This document shows, piece after piece, positions 27,628-37,930 of a stretch of DNA of 64,000 bases. The notes beneath the pieces were generated by a model that had not been told where the DNA came from, made no database searches, and saw only the letters and a program-made list of their open reading frames with translations. Every line of letters starts with the position of its first letter. Position 1 is the first letter of the stretch. Source of the stretch: a plasmid; the sequence record NZ_CP087960.1, one strand, 5' to 3'. The position numbers and the translations under genes were made by a program.

Positions 27628-28506
27628 TTAGAAGTTTATAGCGCCATTTTGGGTTGCCTTAATGTTTTCTTTTTGCTCTTTAATTGTCTTTTTAGCTTCC
27701 TTAATGATCTGAGTTTGATTATCAATATCTTGTTTGTAATCACTAATTTGACTTTCGATATCTTCTTTTTGTGAGGATGAAGCAATTGCTTTTTTACGAT
27801 TCATCTTTCTAATTAATTCTTGATCTCGGTCAATTGTTGCCTGAGCATTTGCAATTTTCTTTTGAGATGATGAAATCTTTTTAGTGTAGGTCTTAATAAG
27901 CATTGCTAAATAGTTTTTAGCATATGCAGATTTTGCTTTAGGTTTTAAGTTTGTATCCAACTTGATTTTATTTTCGCGAGCGTACATTTTGATCAGAGTA
28001 TTTTTCGTAAATCCATCAGTTTCAACTTTAGAATTAATTAATTCAGGAACAACATCGTAACGAATTACGTTAAAACCAGGTTGAATGTCTTTGGCCTCAA
28101 TTACAAAGTAATGGTCATTAATTTTTTGAAAACGTGTTGAAACAAATCTTGCTTGGTTTCCCATAGTACCGTGTTGAATTTGAGCACGAGTTGCATATTT
28201 AATATTACTTAGTGCTTTTTCTGCTGAAAGATCATTTACATCTTCTTTATTTCCAACATAAAATTCTGAGACTAGATAACCAGTTTTAGGATTAAAAGTT
28301 GAACTCATTCGATAGAGCTTAGCATTGGTGGCAACATCTGTAGTATCATTTCTAGTTAAACTAACTTTACCTGCTCCCATGTAAAATGGACTAAGTAAAA
28401 TCCCGATAAAAGCTACTAAAATGATTGTAGCTGCACTTAAAAATGCTTTTCGCTTTCGGAATTTTTCGTGACGCTTTAATTCTTTTTGTTTATTTGTTTT
28501 AGGCAT
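27628..28506 (-). CDS. membrane-anchored coiled-coil protein (292 aa), T4SS-associated
   Basis: N-terminal TM helix and C-terminal heptad-rich region. Last gene of the T4SS block. Confidence 0.4.
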   Translation of the reverse strand: MPKTNKQKELKRHEKFRKRKAFLSAATIILVAFIGILLSPFYMGAGKVSLTRNDTTDVATNAKLYRMSSTFNPKTGYLVSEFYVGNKEDVNDLSAEKALSNIKYATRAQIQHGTMGNQARFVSTRFQKINDHYFVIEAKDIQPGFNVIRYDVVPELINSKVETDGFTKNTLIKMYARENKIKLDTNLKPKAKSAYAKNYLAMLIKTYTKKISSSQKKIANAQATIDRDQELIRKMNRKKAIASSSQKEDIESQISDYKQDIDNQTQIIKEAKKTIKEQKENIKATQNGAINF

Positions 28507-28524
28507 TCTATTTTCATCTCCATT

Positions 28525-28794
28525 CTATTCGCCATAACCGTACTGACTTTCTAGACCTAATTTTTTATATTGGGACTTATTAAATTTGATTTCAGATTCT
28601 AAATCATGAATTTTAGAATCTTTTTTATGAATAACTTTTTCATATTTTGAAATTTGACTTTGATTTGGGGCTTGGACAAAAGTATAAACAACTTGACCGA
28701 CATTAAGTAAAAGAAGGAAAACAACTAAATACTTTAGCCAAGAATTTTCTTTTTTTAAACTATAACTCTTGGACGCGTGTTTATATCTGGCCAT
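28525..28794 (-). CDS. small membrane protein (89 aa)
   Basis: Single TM helix. Confidence 0.3.
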   Translation of the reverse strand: MARYKHASKSYSLKKENSWLKYLVVFLLLLNVGQVVYTFVQAPNQSQISKYEKVIHKKDSKIHDLESEIKFNKSQYKKLGLESQYGYGE

Positions 28795-29207
28795 TTCATT
28801 GCTCCTTTAAATAAATCATTTATTTTTCTTTTATCGATACCAGTGTATCTGTCAACTTCTTTTCCATGATGTAACACAATTAAAGTTGGTACATAATGCA
28901 AGTTATATTCACCGATGTAATGTTTATTTTTTACATTATTTAAATTAATTGGTTTTATATTTGTTCCACCAAAATCTTTTTCCACCATAACTCTGTCAAA
29001 AATTGCTTTACAGTCTGAACAATCATCTTTATAAAATAAAACAACCGCGTTTTCGTTTTTCTTTAGAGAAACTTGAACGCGGTTGTTTTCAATAGCTGTA
29101 TTTCTTAAATGATATCCTTCAATACTAAGACCAAAAGCTAATAGAGTGAAGAAAAATATCATTGCAATTTTGGTGCTTGTCTTTAATTTGTTTTTATTCT
29201 TTTTCAT
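28755..29207 (-). CDS. thioredoxin-like membrane-anchored protein (CxxC)
   Basis: 'YKDDCSDCKAIFDRV' is a CxxC motif in thioredoxin-fold context, with an N-terminal TM anchor. Common accessory in Gram-positive T4SS loci. Confidence 0.55.
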   Translation of the reverse strand: MKKNKNKLKTSTKIAMIFFFTLLAFGLSIEGYHLRNTAIENNRVQVSLKKNENAVVLFYKDDCSDCKAIFDRVMVEKDFGGTNIKPINLNNVKNKHYIGEYNLHYVPTLIVLHHGKEVDRYTGIDKRKINDLFKGAMKWPDINTRPRVIV

Positions 29208-29209
29208 TT

Positions 29210-29854
29210 CTAATCATTCTTTTCTGTATTTTCAGCAAATTTTCCCACAGATTTTAGACTAGTAAATTGTCCTGAATGAGTATTGTAAGTTAAATTAAAT
29301 CCTTCAGTAGGTGAAGCAATTAATTTGTCATTCAAGTAAGTTCCGTAATGTACTTTTAAAAATACTGGAACATTACCATCAGAATCTTCTAGTCCATTGG
29401 TAATTGAACTTGAGTAATAGTCGCCAGCAATTTTTTGACCTTTAATTTGCTCTAGGTCATGTTTTGGAAATAGGGCTGGATCAACAGTTGCTTTTTTAGA
29501 AAGTAAAACGCTGACTTTGTTTTGTCGTTTTAAATAATCTTTAGAGCCAGAGTAATTAAACAAAGCTTTGGCTACTTTGATAGCTCTAGTGTTAATTGCA
29601 CGATTAAGCATAACTTGTCTTACTGAGTCTGAAGTTGATTGATTACTAGAATTTTGTTTTTGGTCTAATAATATTGATTCATTATCACTTTGAATTGTGG
29701 AGAGCTGTCTCTTTTTTTGATTTAAGGCTACCTGCGCTTTGTTTAAGTCTGCATCATATTTTGCCTGCTTAGATTTAAAAGCAGTACCGGTTCCTATGCT
29801 TAATACTATTAATGATGTTGCTACTCCAATTTGAATTCTTTGCCAAGCTTCCAT
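29210..29854 (-). CDS. T4SS membrane protein (VirB8/PrgL-like candidate, 214 aa)
   Basis: N-terminal TM plus extracytoplasmic domain. Called on position after the cell-wall hydrolase gene. Confidence 0.35.
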   Translation of the reverse strand: MEAWQRIQIGVATSLIVLSIGTGTAFKSKQAKYDADLNKAQVALNQKKRQLSTIQSDNESILLDQKQNSSNQSTSDSVRQVMLNRAINTRAIKVAKALFNYSGSKDYLKRQNKVSVLLSKKATVDPALFPKHDLEQIKGQKIAGDYYSSSITNGLEDSDGNVPVFLKVHYGTYLNDKLIASPTEGFNLTYNTHSGQFTSLKSVGKFAENTEKND

Positions 29855-30474
29855 TATTGATTGCTCCCTTCATTCTTTAGAACATCTGATGTAGAAAAGG
29901 TTACTAACTTATAGCTATTAACTTTTTGAGTTGTGAGATCATAGTCAAAATTAAATGCAATGGATAATGGTTCAGAACCAGTTCCTTTTTTAACTTCATA
30001 TTGTGTGTAAGCAAAAACTTTTGCATGATGAATGTCTTTAACGTTATTGAAGTAAACATGTACTTCATTGTTATTAAGATAAGAAGTTTCAGGATTGTAA
30101 ACGACAAAAAAGTTGGCAAACTTTTTGCCCATCAAACTTTGAATTTTACTTTTCTGAGTTTTAAAATCATTTTCTGTCTTCAAGCCACCAAAAGTTGTTT
30201 GTAGTCCTTGAGATAATCTATCAGTTGCGGTCTTTTCTTGATCGGTCAAGTTGAAATTATTAGCAGCAAACAATGGGGAATTGTTTTGAGCTTGTTGACG
30301 TGCAACCTTAATTTGCTTAGCAGTATTTCTAGTTTCTTGACGTATTTCAGATATGTTTCCTTGCTTTGGAATATTAACTAAGGCAAAGATAACCGATAGT
30401 ATAGACAAGACCCAGAGCGTTAAACGAAATGCCTTTTCATTATTGTTTTCTTTTTTCGTTTTATTAAATTCCAT
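29854..30474 (-). CDS. T4SS membrane protein (VirB8/PrgL-like candidate, 206 aa)
   Basis: N-terminal TM; size and topology as above. Confidence 0.35.
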   Translation of the reverse strand: MEFNKTKKENNNEKAFRLTLWVLSILSVIFALVNIPKQGNISEIRQETRNTAKQIKVARQQAQNNSPLFAANNFNLTDQEKTATDRLSQGLQTTFGGLKTENDFKTQKSKIQSLMGKKFANFFVVYNPETSYLNNNEVHVYFNNVKDIHHAKVFAYTQYEVKKGTGSEPLSIAFNFDYDLTTQKVNSYKLVTFSTSDVLKNEGSNQ

Positions 30475-31778
30475 TACTTATCTCCTTCAATTAATTTTGA
30501 CCAATCTATCCAAGTGCCATCATTACTAAAGGCATGAGCTTCAGCCGCCATAATTTCTTTCTTGCTGACACCAATGTGAACGTGGCTAACGTTGCTTAAG
30601 CTAGAATCTAATGTTCCAATTTTTTGACCGGCAGTTACTTTATCGCCTACTTTAACTGAAATTGCTTTATCCTTATCTCCTGGATCAAAAGCAAATTCTT
30701 GATACACTTCGTAATACCCATCGTCACTTTTTACACAAACAAACCAACCTAAGTCGCTTTGAGTTGACCCTTGGTGATCAATTTTATAAACCGTTCCATC
30801 ATGAATGGCTAAAATATCTTGCTTATTGTAAGGAATTGTTCCGAAATCAAGACCATCATGGAATCCATTTTTTCGACCGCCACCAACGTTACCAAAGAGT
30901 TGAGCGCCAGAAATTTGCGGTTTACCTTTAATTGATTTAAACGGCCAAGCCCACTTTCCATCACTTACAACAACACAATTTGTTTCATCACTATCTGCTG
31001 AGTTAGAAGAGCTATTAGTATTTTTACCACCAGTACTACCTAATTTGCTCTCATCTGCTTTTACGCTACTTCCATTAAAAAGTTTGTAGGCAGTTTCCGC
31101 ATTAGCAATTCTTTTTGTACCACTTCCATCTGGATCACTTGCGTAACCGCCCCCGGCTTCCATTTGACTGATATAAAATCGTTCGGCAGCTTCTTTGGGA
31201 TCTGTAGTAGTACCAAATGTTTTTAAACTATTGTCTTTAAATTTCCCACTGGTCCACATTGCTTGATTTTTCATATCATTCTCTAGCATTTCGATTTGAA
31301 CATCTAAGTCAGTCCAACTTTTGCCTTTCTTTTCTGCAAAGCTTTTTAAAGCAGTTGTTCTAGCAAAGGTCCATTGAATTAGTCCAGCACCATTATCGCT
31401 AGCGTTTACTGCGCCAGTATTAAACTTAGATTCTTGAGCAATATTACCTAAGGCCCCAGCAGCGGCAGCTCCTGAAACACCTAAATCTTTGGTTAAGCGA
31501 TCAAAGATTGTCTTAGCTGTGTTATATTCTTTAGAGCCTTTTTGAGTCCATTCGCCAGTTGCTCCACTTACTTGACCCGCAATTGGATTCGATGTATCAG
31601 GAGCACAAGTTCCTTTAACACCAATAATTACACTATAAATAACTGCGATGAAAATAATAAAAGAGGCGATACATGCTGTAACGCCTCCTACGATTAATCC
31701 AATCGTGAGTGAATGTCGACACAACCTTCGTCGGATCATTCTCATGAATGGATCTTTATTTTTTTTATTGTTTATCAT
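30474..31778 (-). CDS. T4SS cell-wall hydrolase (lysozyme-like/transglycosylase N-domain + M23 peptidase C-domain; PrgK/TcpG-like)
   Basis: N-terminal TM. 'GAGLIQWT' lysozyme-like block. M23 motifs 'FHDGLDFG' and 'SHVHIG'. Confidence 0.7.
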   Translation of the reverse strand: MINNKKNKDPFMRMIRRRLCRHSLTIGLIVGGVTACIASFIIFIAVIYSVIIGVKGTCAPDTSNPIAGQVSGATGEWTQKGSKEYNTAKTIFDRLTKDLGVSGAAAAGALGNIAQESKFNTGAVNASDNGAGLIQWTFARTTALKSFAEKKGKSWTDLDVQIEMLENDMKNQAMWTSGKFKDNSLKTFGTTTDPKEAAERFYISQMEAGGGYASDPDGSGTKRIANAETAYKLFNGSSVKADESKLGSTGGKNTNSSSNSADSDETNCVVVSDGKWAWPFKSIKGKPQISGAQLFGNVGGGRKNGFHDGLDFGTIPYNKQDILAIHDGTVYKIDHQGSTQSDLGWFVCVKSDDGYYEVYQEFAFDPGDKDKAISVKVGDKVTAGQKIGTLDSSLSNVSHVHIGVSKKEIMAAEAHAFSNDGTWIDWSKLIEGDK

Positions 31779-33805
31779 TATTGACCACCATCGAATAACT
31801 TCAGTTGTTCTGGGTCAGGATTATTAGTAACTTTATATCTTTGTCCGCTACCTAAAGTCCATATAGCGTTTCCTGTTGTTAATGACGGAATTTCGCTATA
31901 GTCACTTGGCATTAAGCTATCTCCTAGTAGCTTTTTGATTTTTGCAAGTTGCGAATTCTCCATTGCCATCATAACTTTGATTGCACATAAATCGAAAACA
32001 ACTTTCAAGTCGGATTGTTCTACGCTGTTAACTTTATCTGGGACCATTTCTTCTGGTGATTGTGTTGCAAAAATAATTCCTGCATTGAATTTACGCATTT
32101 CTCTTTCAAAGTCTTTAATGTAAGTTACCGCATTCATATTTTTGTAATTGACAATGTTGTGGCATTCATCTAGTACAACATCAAAGTAACTAATTTCATC
32201 ATTAGTAATCACGCCATTATCTAGTAAATAATTCTGACGTCGTCCGTTTTGTAGAGCCTGATTCCAAATCAATGATAATGTAGAAAATATTTGAGCTTGA
32301 TAAACGCTCCCCTGGTTAGCAACAGTAGAAGTGTCAAATAGAACAACCTTTTCTCGCGATAAGTCCTTCATACTACTATGACCATCAAACATTTGACCGT
32401 AGTTATCGATCATTGCTTCAACACCAATTTTGATTTTTTCAAAAGTTCTACGACGTTGGGGACTAGCATGAATTGCGCTTAAATATTCTTCGCTATTGCA
32501 TTTATCAACATATCTACTAAATTCCGAAAAGGTAGGATAATCTTGAGGATCTTTTCCCGTAAGTCGAACTTTTCCTGGATTTCGTTGCCAATCTTTAGGT
32601 AATAATCCGTAGTAAATATAGAAACTACGTAGAATGTTTTTAAAATCTTGGATTTCAATTTCTGCAAAATCTCGGTTAACCATTTTAAAAAGCACGCTAA
32701 CTTTGTCTAAGTGCTGCATGAAGGAAGCTACTTCGTCTACTACCTTTCCTTCCTTATCAGTAACCGTAGCCATAACTTCTAGCGGATTAATCATACCTTC
32801 ACTTCCGTCTAAATTAACGACAACCCCACCAAGTGCTCTTACTAAGCGAACATATTCACCACTCTTATCAATCCCGCGCCAGTACATGTTTCTTGCAAAA
32901 CTACCTTCAGTTAACATTTTAAGCAGCGTTGATTTACCAGCTCCCATTTTTCCTAAAACCATCATATTGAAGGATCTACGAGTATTAGTTGATCTGAACT
33001 GGTCAAAAATAAATGCACCGCCAGCGCTTGTTGTGCCAAGAGGAATACCCCGAGGATCTTTTAAGCTTTGAAAGCTAAAAGGATTTCCAAAGCCTAAAGT
33101 TCTAGCTGGCATGATCTGTTCTGGTACAGCTGCAAAACTTCGCTCTTGTTTGGTAAGTTTTTGTGTCATAGATTTGTACTGGTCAGCTTGCGTAAAGTTA
33201 TAGACAGTTGCTCTGAAATCATTACCTTTTAGGCTCTTAATGAGGTCTCTGATTTTTTCTTGCAAGCTTTCAATTGTTGGCGCATAAACGAAAATTCTAG
33301 AAACAATTTTCTTAGGAATTTCACCTTGACGAGAAATAGAAGATGATAAATCCATTAAATCCTGGTAATTGTCTTGAGCATCACTCATAGACGTTGCTTT
33401 ACGACCATTAGTCGCTTGATCTCCTAATTCTTGTAAACTTCGATTAATTTCACTCTTTAATCGTTCACTGGAAGCAGTCTTAACGTCCATAATTGCCACT
33501 GTTGAGTCATTTAGCATTACTTGAGTAGCCCATAAAATATTAGGATCAGTAGGATATTGTAAAATGTTAACGCATGCCGAGTATCCATCACCAATTGCAT
33601 GATCGTCATCAAAAGTAATGCCACCTTGTGGCTGAGTCTTTGCCAAAAATTCTACATCATAACCATCGCGTAAGAGTCGTTTGATTCCAGCATCATTGAT
33701 AACTTGTGTTGGATCAATTTGTGGTTCTTTAATTTGAGTATTTACGGTACTTTCTCTGTGTAGTATCTTGTCTCCTAAATTTTGCAAACTTTCTAATACA
33801 CTCAT
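31778..33805 (-). CDS. T4SS ATPase VirB4/TrsE/PrgJ family
   Basis: 675 aa. Walker A 'VLGKMGAGKSTLLK'. Size and position typical of Gram-positive VirB4. Confidence 0.85.
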   Translation of the reverse strand: MSVLESLQNLGDKILHRESTVNTQIKEPQIDPTQVINDAGIKRLLRDGYDVEFLAKTQPQGGITFDDDHAIGDGYSACVNILQYPTDPNILWATQVMLNDSTVAIMDVKTASSERLKSEINRSLQELGDQATNGRKATSMSDAQDNYQDLMDLSSSISRQGEIPKKIVSRIFVYAPTIESLQEKIRDLIKSLKGNDFRATVYNFTQADQYKSMTQKLTKQERSFAAVPEQIMPARTLGFGNPFSFQSLKDPRGIPLGTTSAGGAFIFDQFRSTNTRRSFNMMVLGKMGAGKSTLLKMLTEGSFARNMYWRGIDKSGEYVRLVRALGGVVVNLDGSEGMINPLEVMATVTDKEGKVVDEVASFMQHLDKVSVLFKMVNRDFAEIEIQDFKNILRSFYIYYGLLPKDWQRNPGKVRLTGKDPQDYPTFSEFSRYVDKCNSEEYLSAIHASPQRRRTFEKIKIGVEAMIDNYGQMFDGHSSMKDLSREKVVLFDTSTVANQGSVYQAQIFSTLSLIWNQALQNGRRQNYLLDNGVITNDEISYFDVVLDECHNIVNYKNMNAVTYIKDFEREMRKFNAGIIFATQSPEEMVPDKVNSVEQSDLKVVFDLCAIKVMMAMENSQLAKIKKLLGDSLMPSDYSEIPSLTTGNAIWTLGSGQRYKVTNNPDPEQLKLFDGGQ

Positions 33806-33818
33806 GCAATAGCCCTCC

Positions 33819-34439
33819 TTATTTACTGTTTAAATTATTTAACCGGTAAAGAACTTCTCCAGTTTCTTTTTTATTTATTTCTCTTAAATGTAAGTAGCCT
33901 TGATCTGCAAATTTGGCAGATTTAACTACTGATTTTAGTTCTTTTTTGTTATCTGCAAACACTTGAATGTAAAAGTTAATATCACTGTAACTATCTGCTT
34001 CTCTTTCAAGATTAATGACTTTACTTAAGTAATATCTTTGCAATTGCTTTCTTGTATCTGATTGAGCAGTATTGTCAGACATACTCTTCATGCGTAGTTT
34101 TCGCCAATATACTTGTTGCTGACTAGTATCAATACGAGTTGAAAGAATGACGATCTTGTAATCTGGTGTAAAAACGCGATTAAACATAGTAAATGCAGTC
34201 AAGTATTTGAGTCTAGTATCATCGTCTAAACTAAAAAGATCTGTAGGTTCTACTTTTAAGTAGCGCGATACAGATCCATCTTTTAAATATAAACGACCAT
34301 TTTTGGTACAAGCTCTATACCCAAGAAAATCAAGCATAGATTTAATATCTTTTTGAGATAGCCCCGAAGGGCTTGCTCTTTTTGTTTTGAAGATTTTTTC
34401 AAATAAAGATTGCTTCTTTTTAATTATCTTTTTTCCCAT
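33819..34439 (-). CDS. T4SS-associated hypothetical protein (206 aa)
   Basis: ORF between the VirB3-like and VirB4 genes. Confidence 0.35.
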   Translation of the reverse strand: MGKKIIKKKQSLFEKIFKTKRASPSGLSQKDIKSMLDFLGYRACTKNGRLYLKDGSVSRYLKVEPTDLFSLDDDTRLKYLTAFTMFNRVFTPDYKIVILSTRIDTSQQQVYWRKLRMKSMSDNTAQSDTRKQLQRYYLSKVINLEREADSYSDINFYIQVFADNKKELKSVVKSAKFADQGYLHLREINKKETGEVLYRLNNLNSK

Positions 34440-34743
34440 TTTCTTCTCCTCTCACAAATAATGGATAATATTTATTTCTGTCTTGTTTAAGAACTAGAAG
34501 TAAGACCTTCCAATTTGGCACGCCGTAACATAAAGTTGTGGAAGCTACAGCTGCAATTCCCGTTAATGCTGAAAATCCTAGTAAAACAAATTGCATAATT
34601 GCTGGTAAGTTGCTTATTTTAGCTATATGTAAGCCAAGAGCAATAAAACCTAAGACGGTCAAAATATCAATTAATGGTACATAGACAACTGTTAAACGAT
34701 ATTTCGTCTTTTTAGGCATAACTAGTTTTTGATAACTATCCAT
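34420..34743 (-). CDS. VirB3/PrgI-like small membrane protein (107 aa)
   Basis: Two TM helices. Lies immediately upstream of the VirB4 region. Confidence 0.4.
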   Translation of the reverse strand: MDSYQKLVMPKKTKYRLTVVYVPLIDILTVLGFIALGLHIAKISNLPAIMQFVLLGFSALTGIAAVASTTLCYGVPNWKVLLLVLKQDRNKYYPLFVRGEENGKKDN

Positions 34744-34745
34744 TT

Positions 34746-37700
34746 CTACTTATCCTTTCTAGGTTTTGGAGCTATTGGTTTTGTTTCTTTGAAGTTGCTC
34801 TTAAAATCATTTCTTTTAGTTACATCTTCAATAGTATGGTTAATTTGATCTTTATTAATCTCAGTTGTTACATCTTGTCTGAACTTCTTTATATAGTGTT
34901 TTTTACTATGCAGAAAACTTTCAATTGTTGGTGCATTAGGATTAGTTGAAGAAATATTTGAAGCAGGTATGTATTCTGCTGAAGTTTCTTTAACAGTGGA
35001 AGTTATATTAGACGGAGTAGTAGAGATTTCAATACTTTGTCCTGGTCCTTCTTGAGTAACGTGTACTTGTTGCTTTTGATCAGGAACAAGCTGCTCATAA
35101 TTGCTTGTTGTGTTTTCAGCTACAGAAGGTTGAGTTGTTGTAACAGAATTGATTGGTTTTTCAGAGGATTTCAAAACTTGATTAGTACCACCTTGCTCTT
35201 TAATATTTGTCTTTGTATCTGATCCTTGAATAGTTTGAGTTGAGCTATTTTGAGGTTCATGAGTAAGGTTTTCAGAAATCTTGTCTGGACTAGATGGAGT
35301 GTTAGGATCTATTTGTACATGTTTACCTTCTTCTTTAATAGTCTTAAGTTGTTCAGTTCCACCTTGTGTGATAACGTCCTTCTTACTATCTTTTCCTGGA
35401 ATAACTTTATGGCCATTTTCAGTTGCACGCATTGCATCAGTAATAGTAGGCTTTGTACCATTATCTGGTTGAGTAGTTGGATCAATCTTTTGAGCCTTGC
35501 CTTCCTCTTTAACGGTCTTAAGTTGTTCAGTTCCACCTTGTGTAACAACATCTTTCTTAGTATCTCTACCAGGTATAATTTCCTGACTGACTTTAGGTAA
35601 ATCATTTGAGCTAATAGGATTGCTCTTCTTACTTTCAGCTGGTTTGGAATTAGGATCAATCTTTTGAATCTTGCCTTCTTCTTTAGCAGTCTTAAGTTGT
35701 TCAGTTCCACCTTGTGTAACAACATCTTTCTTAGTATCTCCACCAGGTATAATTTCCTGATTGACTTTAGGTAAATCATTGTGCTCGCTAATGTTTTCGT
35801 TTGATTCAGTAGACTTATTTTGGGTAGTTGCTTCTGGTTTAGCTTTATCAAAAGGCTTTTCAACTTGTTGATTTGCAGGATTAATCTTATTTGCATCATT
35901 GTCATTAATGTCATCAACATTAGCAGCCTTCTTAAGATTACTTGTTGCAATGGTAAGTCGCTGTGCAGCATCCTTTTGCTGTTCCCCACTAGCATTTGGA
36001 TCGTTCATAATATGCTTACCACTTCTGAGTGCATCATTGAGTTCTCTTCTAGCATCAATAGTTTTACCTTTGGTGTCGCTGTCTGGCATTGACAAATGTT
36101 TTAGCTGTTCAGCATTATCAATTGCTGAGCGTAGACCACTCTTTTTAAGAGCTTCTGCATGTTCATCTGCATGTTCATTGGCAAATTGAGTATATGGTTT
36201 TCCTGTACTTGCCTGGCGGAGTGAATTATATTCGTTGTCAGTTAATCCATTATTGCTTGCCATTTTATCAGCCATTTCGCTAACAGTAGTTGGTACCAAT
36301 CCACTTCGAGAAGCTTTATTCCACTGATGACGACTTCCGCCACTAGCCATAAAGCCTTTTTTGAGTTGAGAGTTAGCATGAGCAGCATTTGCGCCGTTAC
36401 GTAAGCTTTGCCCCCAGGTTTTACCATTCTCACGAGCCTTATGTGCTGCATCTAAACCCGTTAAAGCACTCTCTGTCGTATCGAATCCTTTACGAGCAAG
36501 ATGACCAGTTCCGCGAGCCAAGCCTGCGCCCTTCTTAACAAGGCCAGCAGTTTGGTTGGCAACAATCGCACCCATTGCCCAACCTTTTTGTGCACCTGTA
36601 TCGACACCAAAGAATTTAGCTGTCTTTTGTGATCCAGTCCAAAGCATAGCTGTAGCAGCTATCATTGCTACACAATATAGGAGAGGACCCATATCAGCAT
36701 TGGTCAAAAAGTTGACTACAATTCTGTAGAAGGCTAATTCAAATCCTTGTAAGGCAATAGTTAAAGCTGCAGTAAACATATCATTAATAGCTGCTTTTGT
36801 TTTAGCTCCTGAGTCTAAGTCTGTTGAGAAAATTAATAGAGCGAGAACTTGCATAATAGCTAAATCTAAGAAAGATTTAACTACTACATAAGTGATAAAT
36901 GCAAAAGCTAATGACAAAGCAAATAATGAAACTACAACTGGTAAAAAGGCTACAGTATAACGCTGATACCCACCAGAATAAGAATTGGAGAATGGAACGC
37001 TTGACTTGCTGATTTTAACTGCAGCTGGTTTATCTCCACCATCAATCAATTGATATTTAAGATATTTTGGTTTAAATTTTAAAGATTTCCAGTGATGATC
37101 TTTTTGTAATTTCTCAGCAGTTTTTTCCATTGAATCAACTGTATCTGGAGTGATTGCACTTGCTAAGTTAGTAGCAGATAATAGATCAAACGATTTTTTA
37201 CCGTTTTTGTTATCCCAACCGTTGTGACCATAGTCTTCATCGCTTTGAGTTTTAATCTTACCGGATCCTTTCGTTTTAAAATCCGGCCAATTGTTATAAA
37301 CCAGGTAGGCGATATCGTTGGTATTTCCTTTGATAATATCAAATGGAATGCTAGATGTATTACCATCAGTGACTTCGGCTTTATAGATGTTACTTGATTG
37401 ATCTACTACCCAATTAGTTAAAGGTTGCAGATTAAACATCAAAAACGTTGCAATAATAGCTTGCAAGATGATGTTTTGTACAGGAGTTTTCTCCTTGCCT
37501 AACATCATTTTTATTCCGATCCAAACTAAGACCGCAATCATTACTGCTGCGGCAGCTCCTAAAATATACCCTTGAATCCAGTCCTTAAGTCCCGCATCAC
37601 TTAATAGTTTGCTAAAATCCAAACTATGAGTAGCAAGATCTTCTACACCATTAGCTAGATTATAGAAAGCTTTTATAATTCCCCACTTAATCCAATTAAA

Positions 37701-37904
37701 AACTTGTCCTACTGCATCTTGAAAGTGAAGATACGGCCGGATGTTGTCTAAACTGTTTGCGGCATTGGTTAGATCTTCTTTAGAATCACCGCCACCACCA
37801 AACATATCAGAAATAGCTTTTCCTAGATCAATCCACCCTGTAAAAATATAGGATTGCGCTAGTATTAGCAATTTTGTTCCCATATATTTTTCCTTTCTGT
37901 ACAA
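34746..37904 (-). CDS. VirB6/TrsL/PrgH-like polytopic membrane protein with C-terminal tandem-repeat extension (1052 aa)
   Basis: Multiple TM segments in the N-terminal 450 aa. Three ~55-aa tandem repeats 'KKDVVTQGGTEQLKT(A/V/I)KEEGK.QKIDP' in a hydrophilic tail. Confidence 0.5.
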   Translation of the reverse strand: MYRKEKYMGTKLLILAQSYIFTGWIDLGKAISDMFGGGGDSKEDLTNAANSLDNIRPYLHFQDAVGQVFNWIKWGIIKAFYNLANGVEDLATHSLDFSKLLSDAGLKDWIQGYILGAAAAVMIAVLVWIGIKMMLGKEKTPVQNIILQAIIATFLMFNLQPLTNWVVDQSSNIYKAEVTDGNTSSIPFDIIKGNTNDIAYLVYNNWPDFKTKGSGKIKTQSDEDYGHNGWDNKNGKKSFDLLSATNLASAITPDTVDSMEKTAEKLQKDHHWKSLKFKPKYLKYQLIDGGDKPAAVKISKSSVPFSNSYSGGYQRYTVAFLPVVVSLFALSLAFAFITYVVVKSFLDLAIMQVLALLIFSTDLDSGAKTKAAINDMFTAALTIALQGFELAFYRIVVNFLTNADMGPLLYCVAMIAATAMLWTGSQKTAKFFGVDTGAQKGWAMGAIVANQTAGLVKKGAGLARGTGHLARKGFDTTESALTGLDAAHKARENGKTWGQSLRNGANAAHANSQLKKGFMASGGSRHQWNKASRSGLVPTTVSEMADKMASNNGLTDNEYNSLRQASTGKPYTQFANEHADEHAEALKKSGLRSAIDNAEQLKHLSMPDSDTKGKTIDARRELNDALRSGKHIMNDPNASGEQQKDAAQRLTIATSNLKKAANVDDINDNDANKINPANQQVEKPFDKAKPEATTQNKSTESNENISEHNDLPKVNQEIIPGGDTKKDVVTQGGTEQLKTAKEEGKIQKIDPNSKPAESKKSNPISSNDLPKVSQEIIPGRDTKKDVVTQGGTEQLKTVKEEGKAQKIDPTTQPDNGTKPTITDAMRATENGHKVIPGKDSKKDVITQGGTEQLKTIKEEGKHVQIDPNTPSSPDKISENLTHEPQNSSTQTIQGSDTKTNIKEQGGTNQVLKSSEKPINSVTTTQPSVAENTTSNYEQLVPDQKQQVHVTQEGPGQSIEISTTPSNITSTVKETSAEYIPASNISSTNPNAPTIESFLHSKKHYIKKFRQDVTTEINKDQINHTIEDVTKRNDFKSNFKETKPIAPKPRKDK
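35260..35810 (-). repeat. in-frame tandem repeats (~165 bp x3) inside the VirB6-like gene
   Basis: Protein-level repeats seen in the translation. Many spurious overlapping ORFs in the track over this interval are consistent with repeats. Confidence 0.5.
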
Positions 37905-37930
37905 AAAAGGACAAGCTTTTAATGCTTGTC

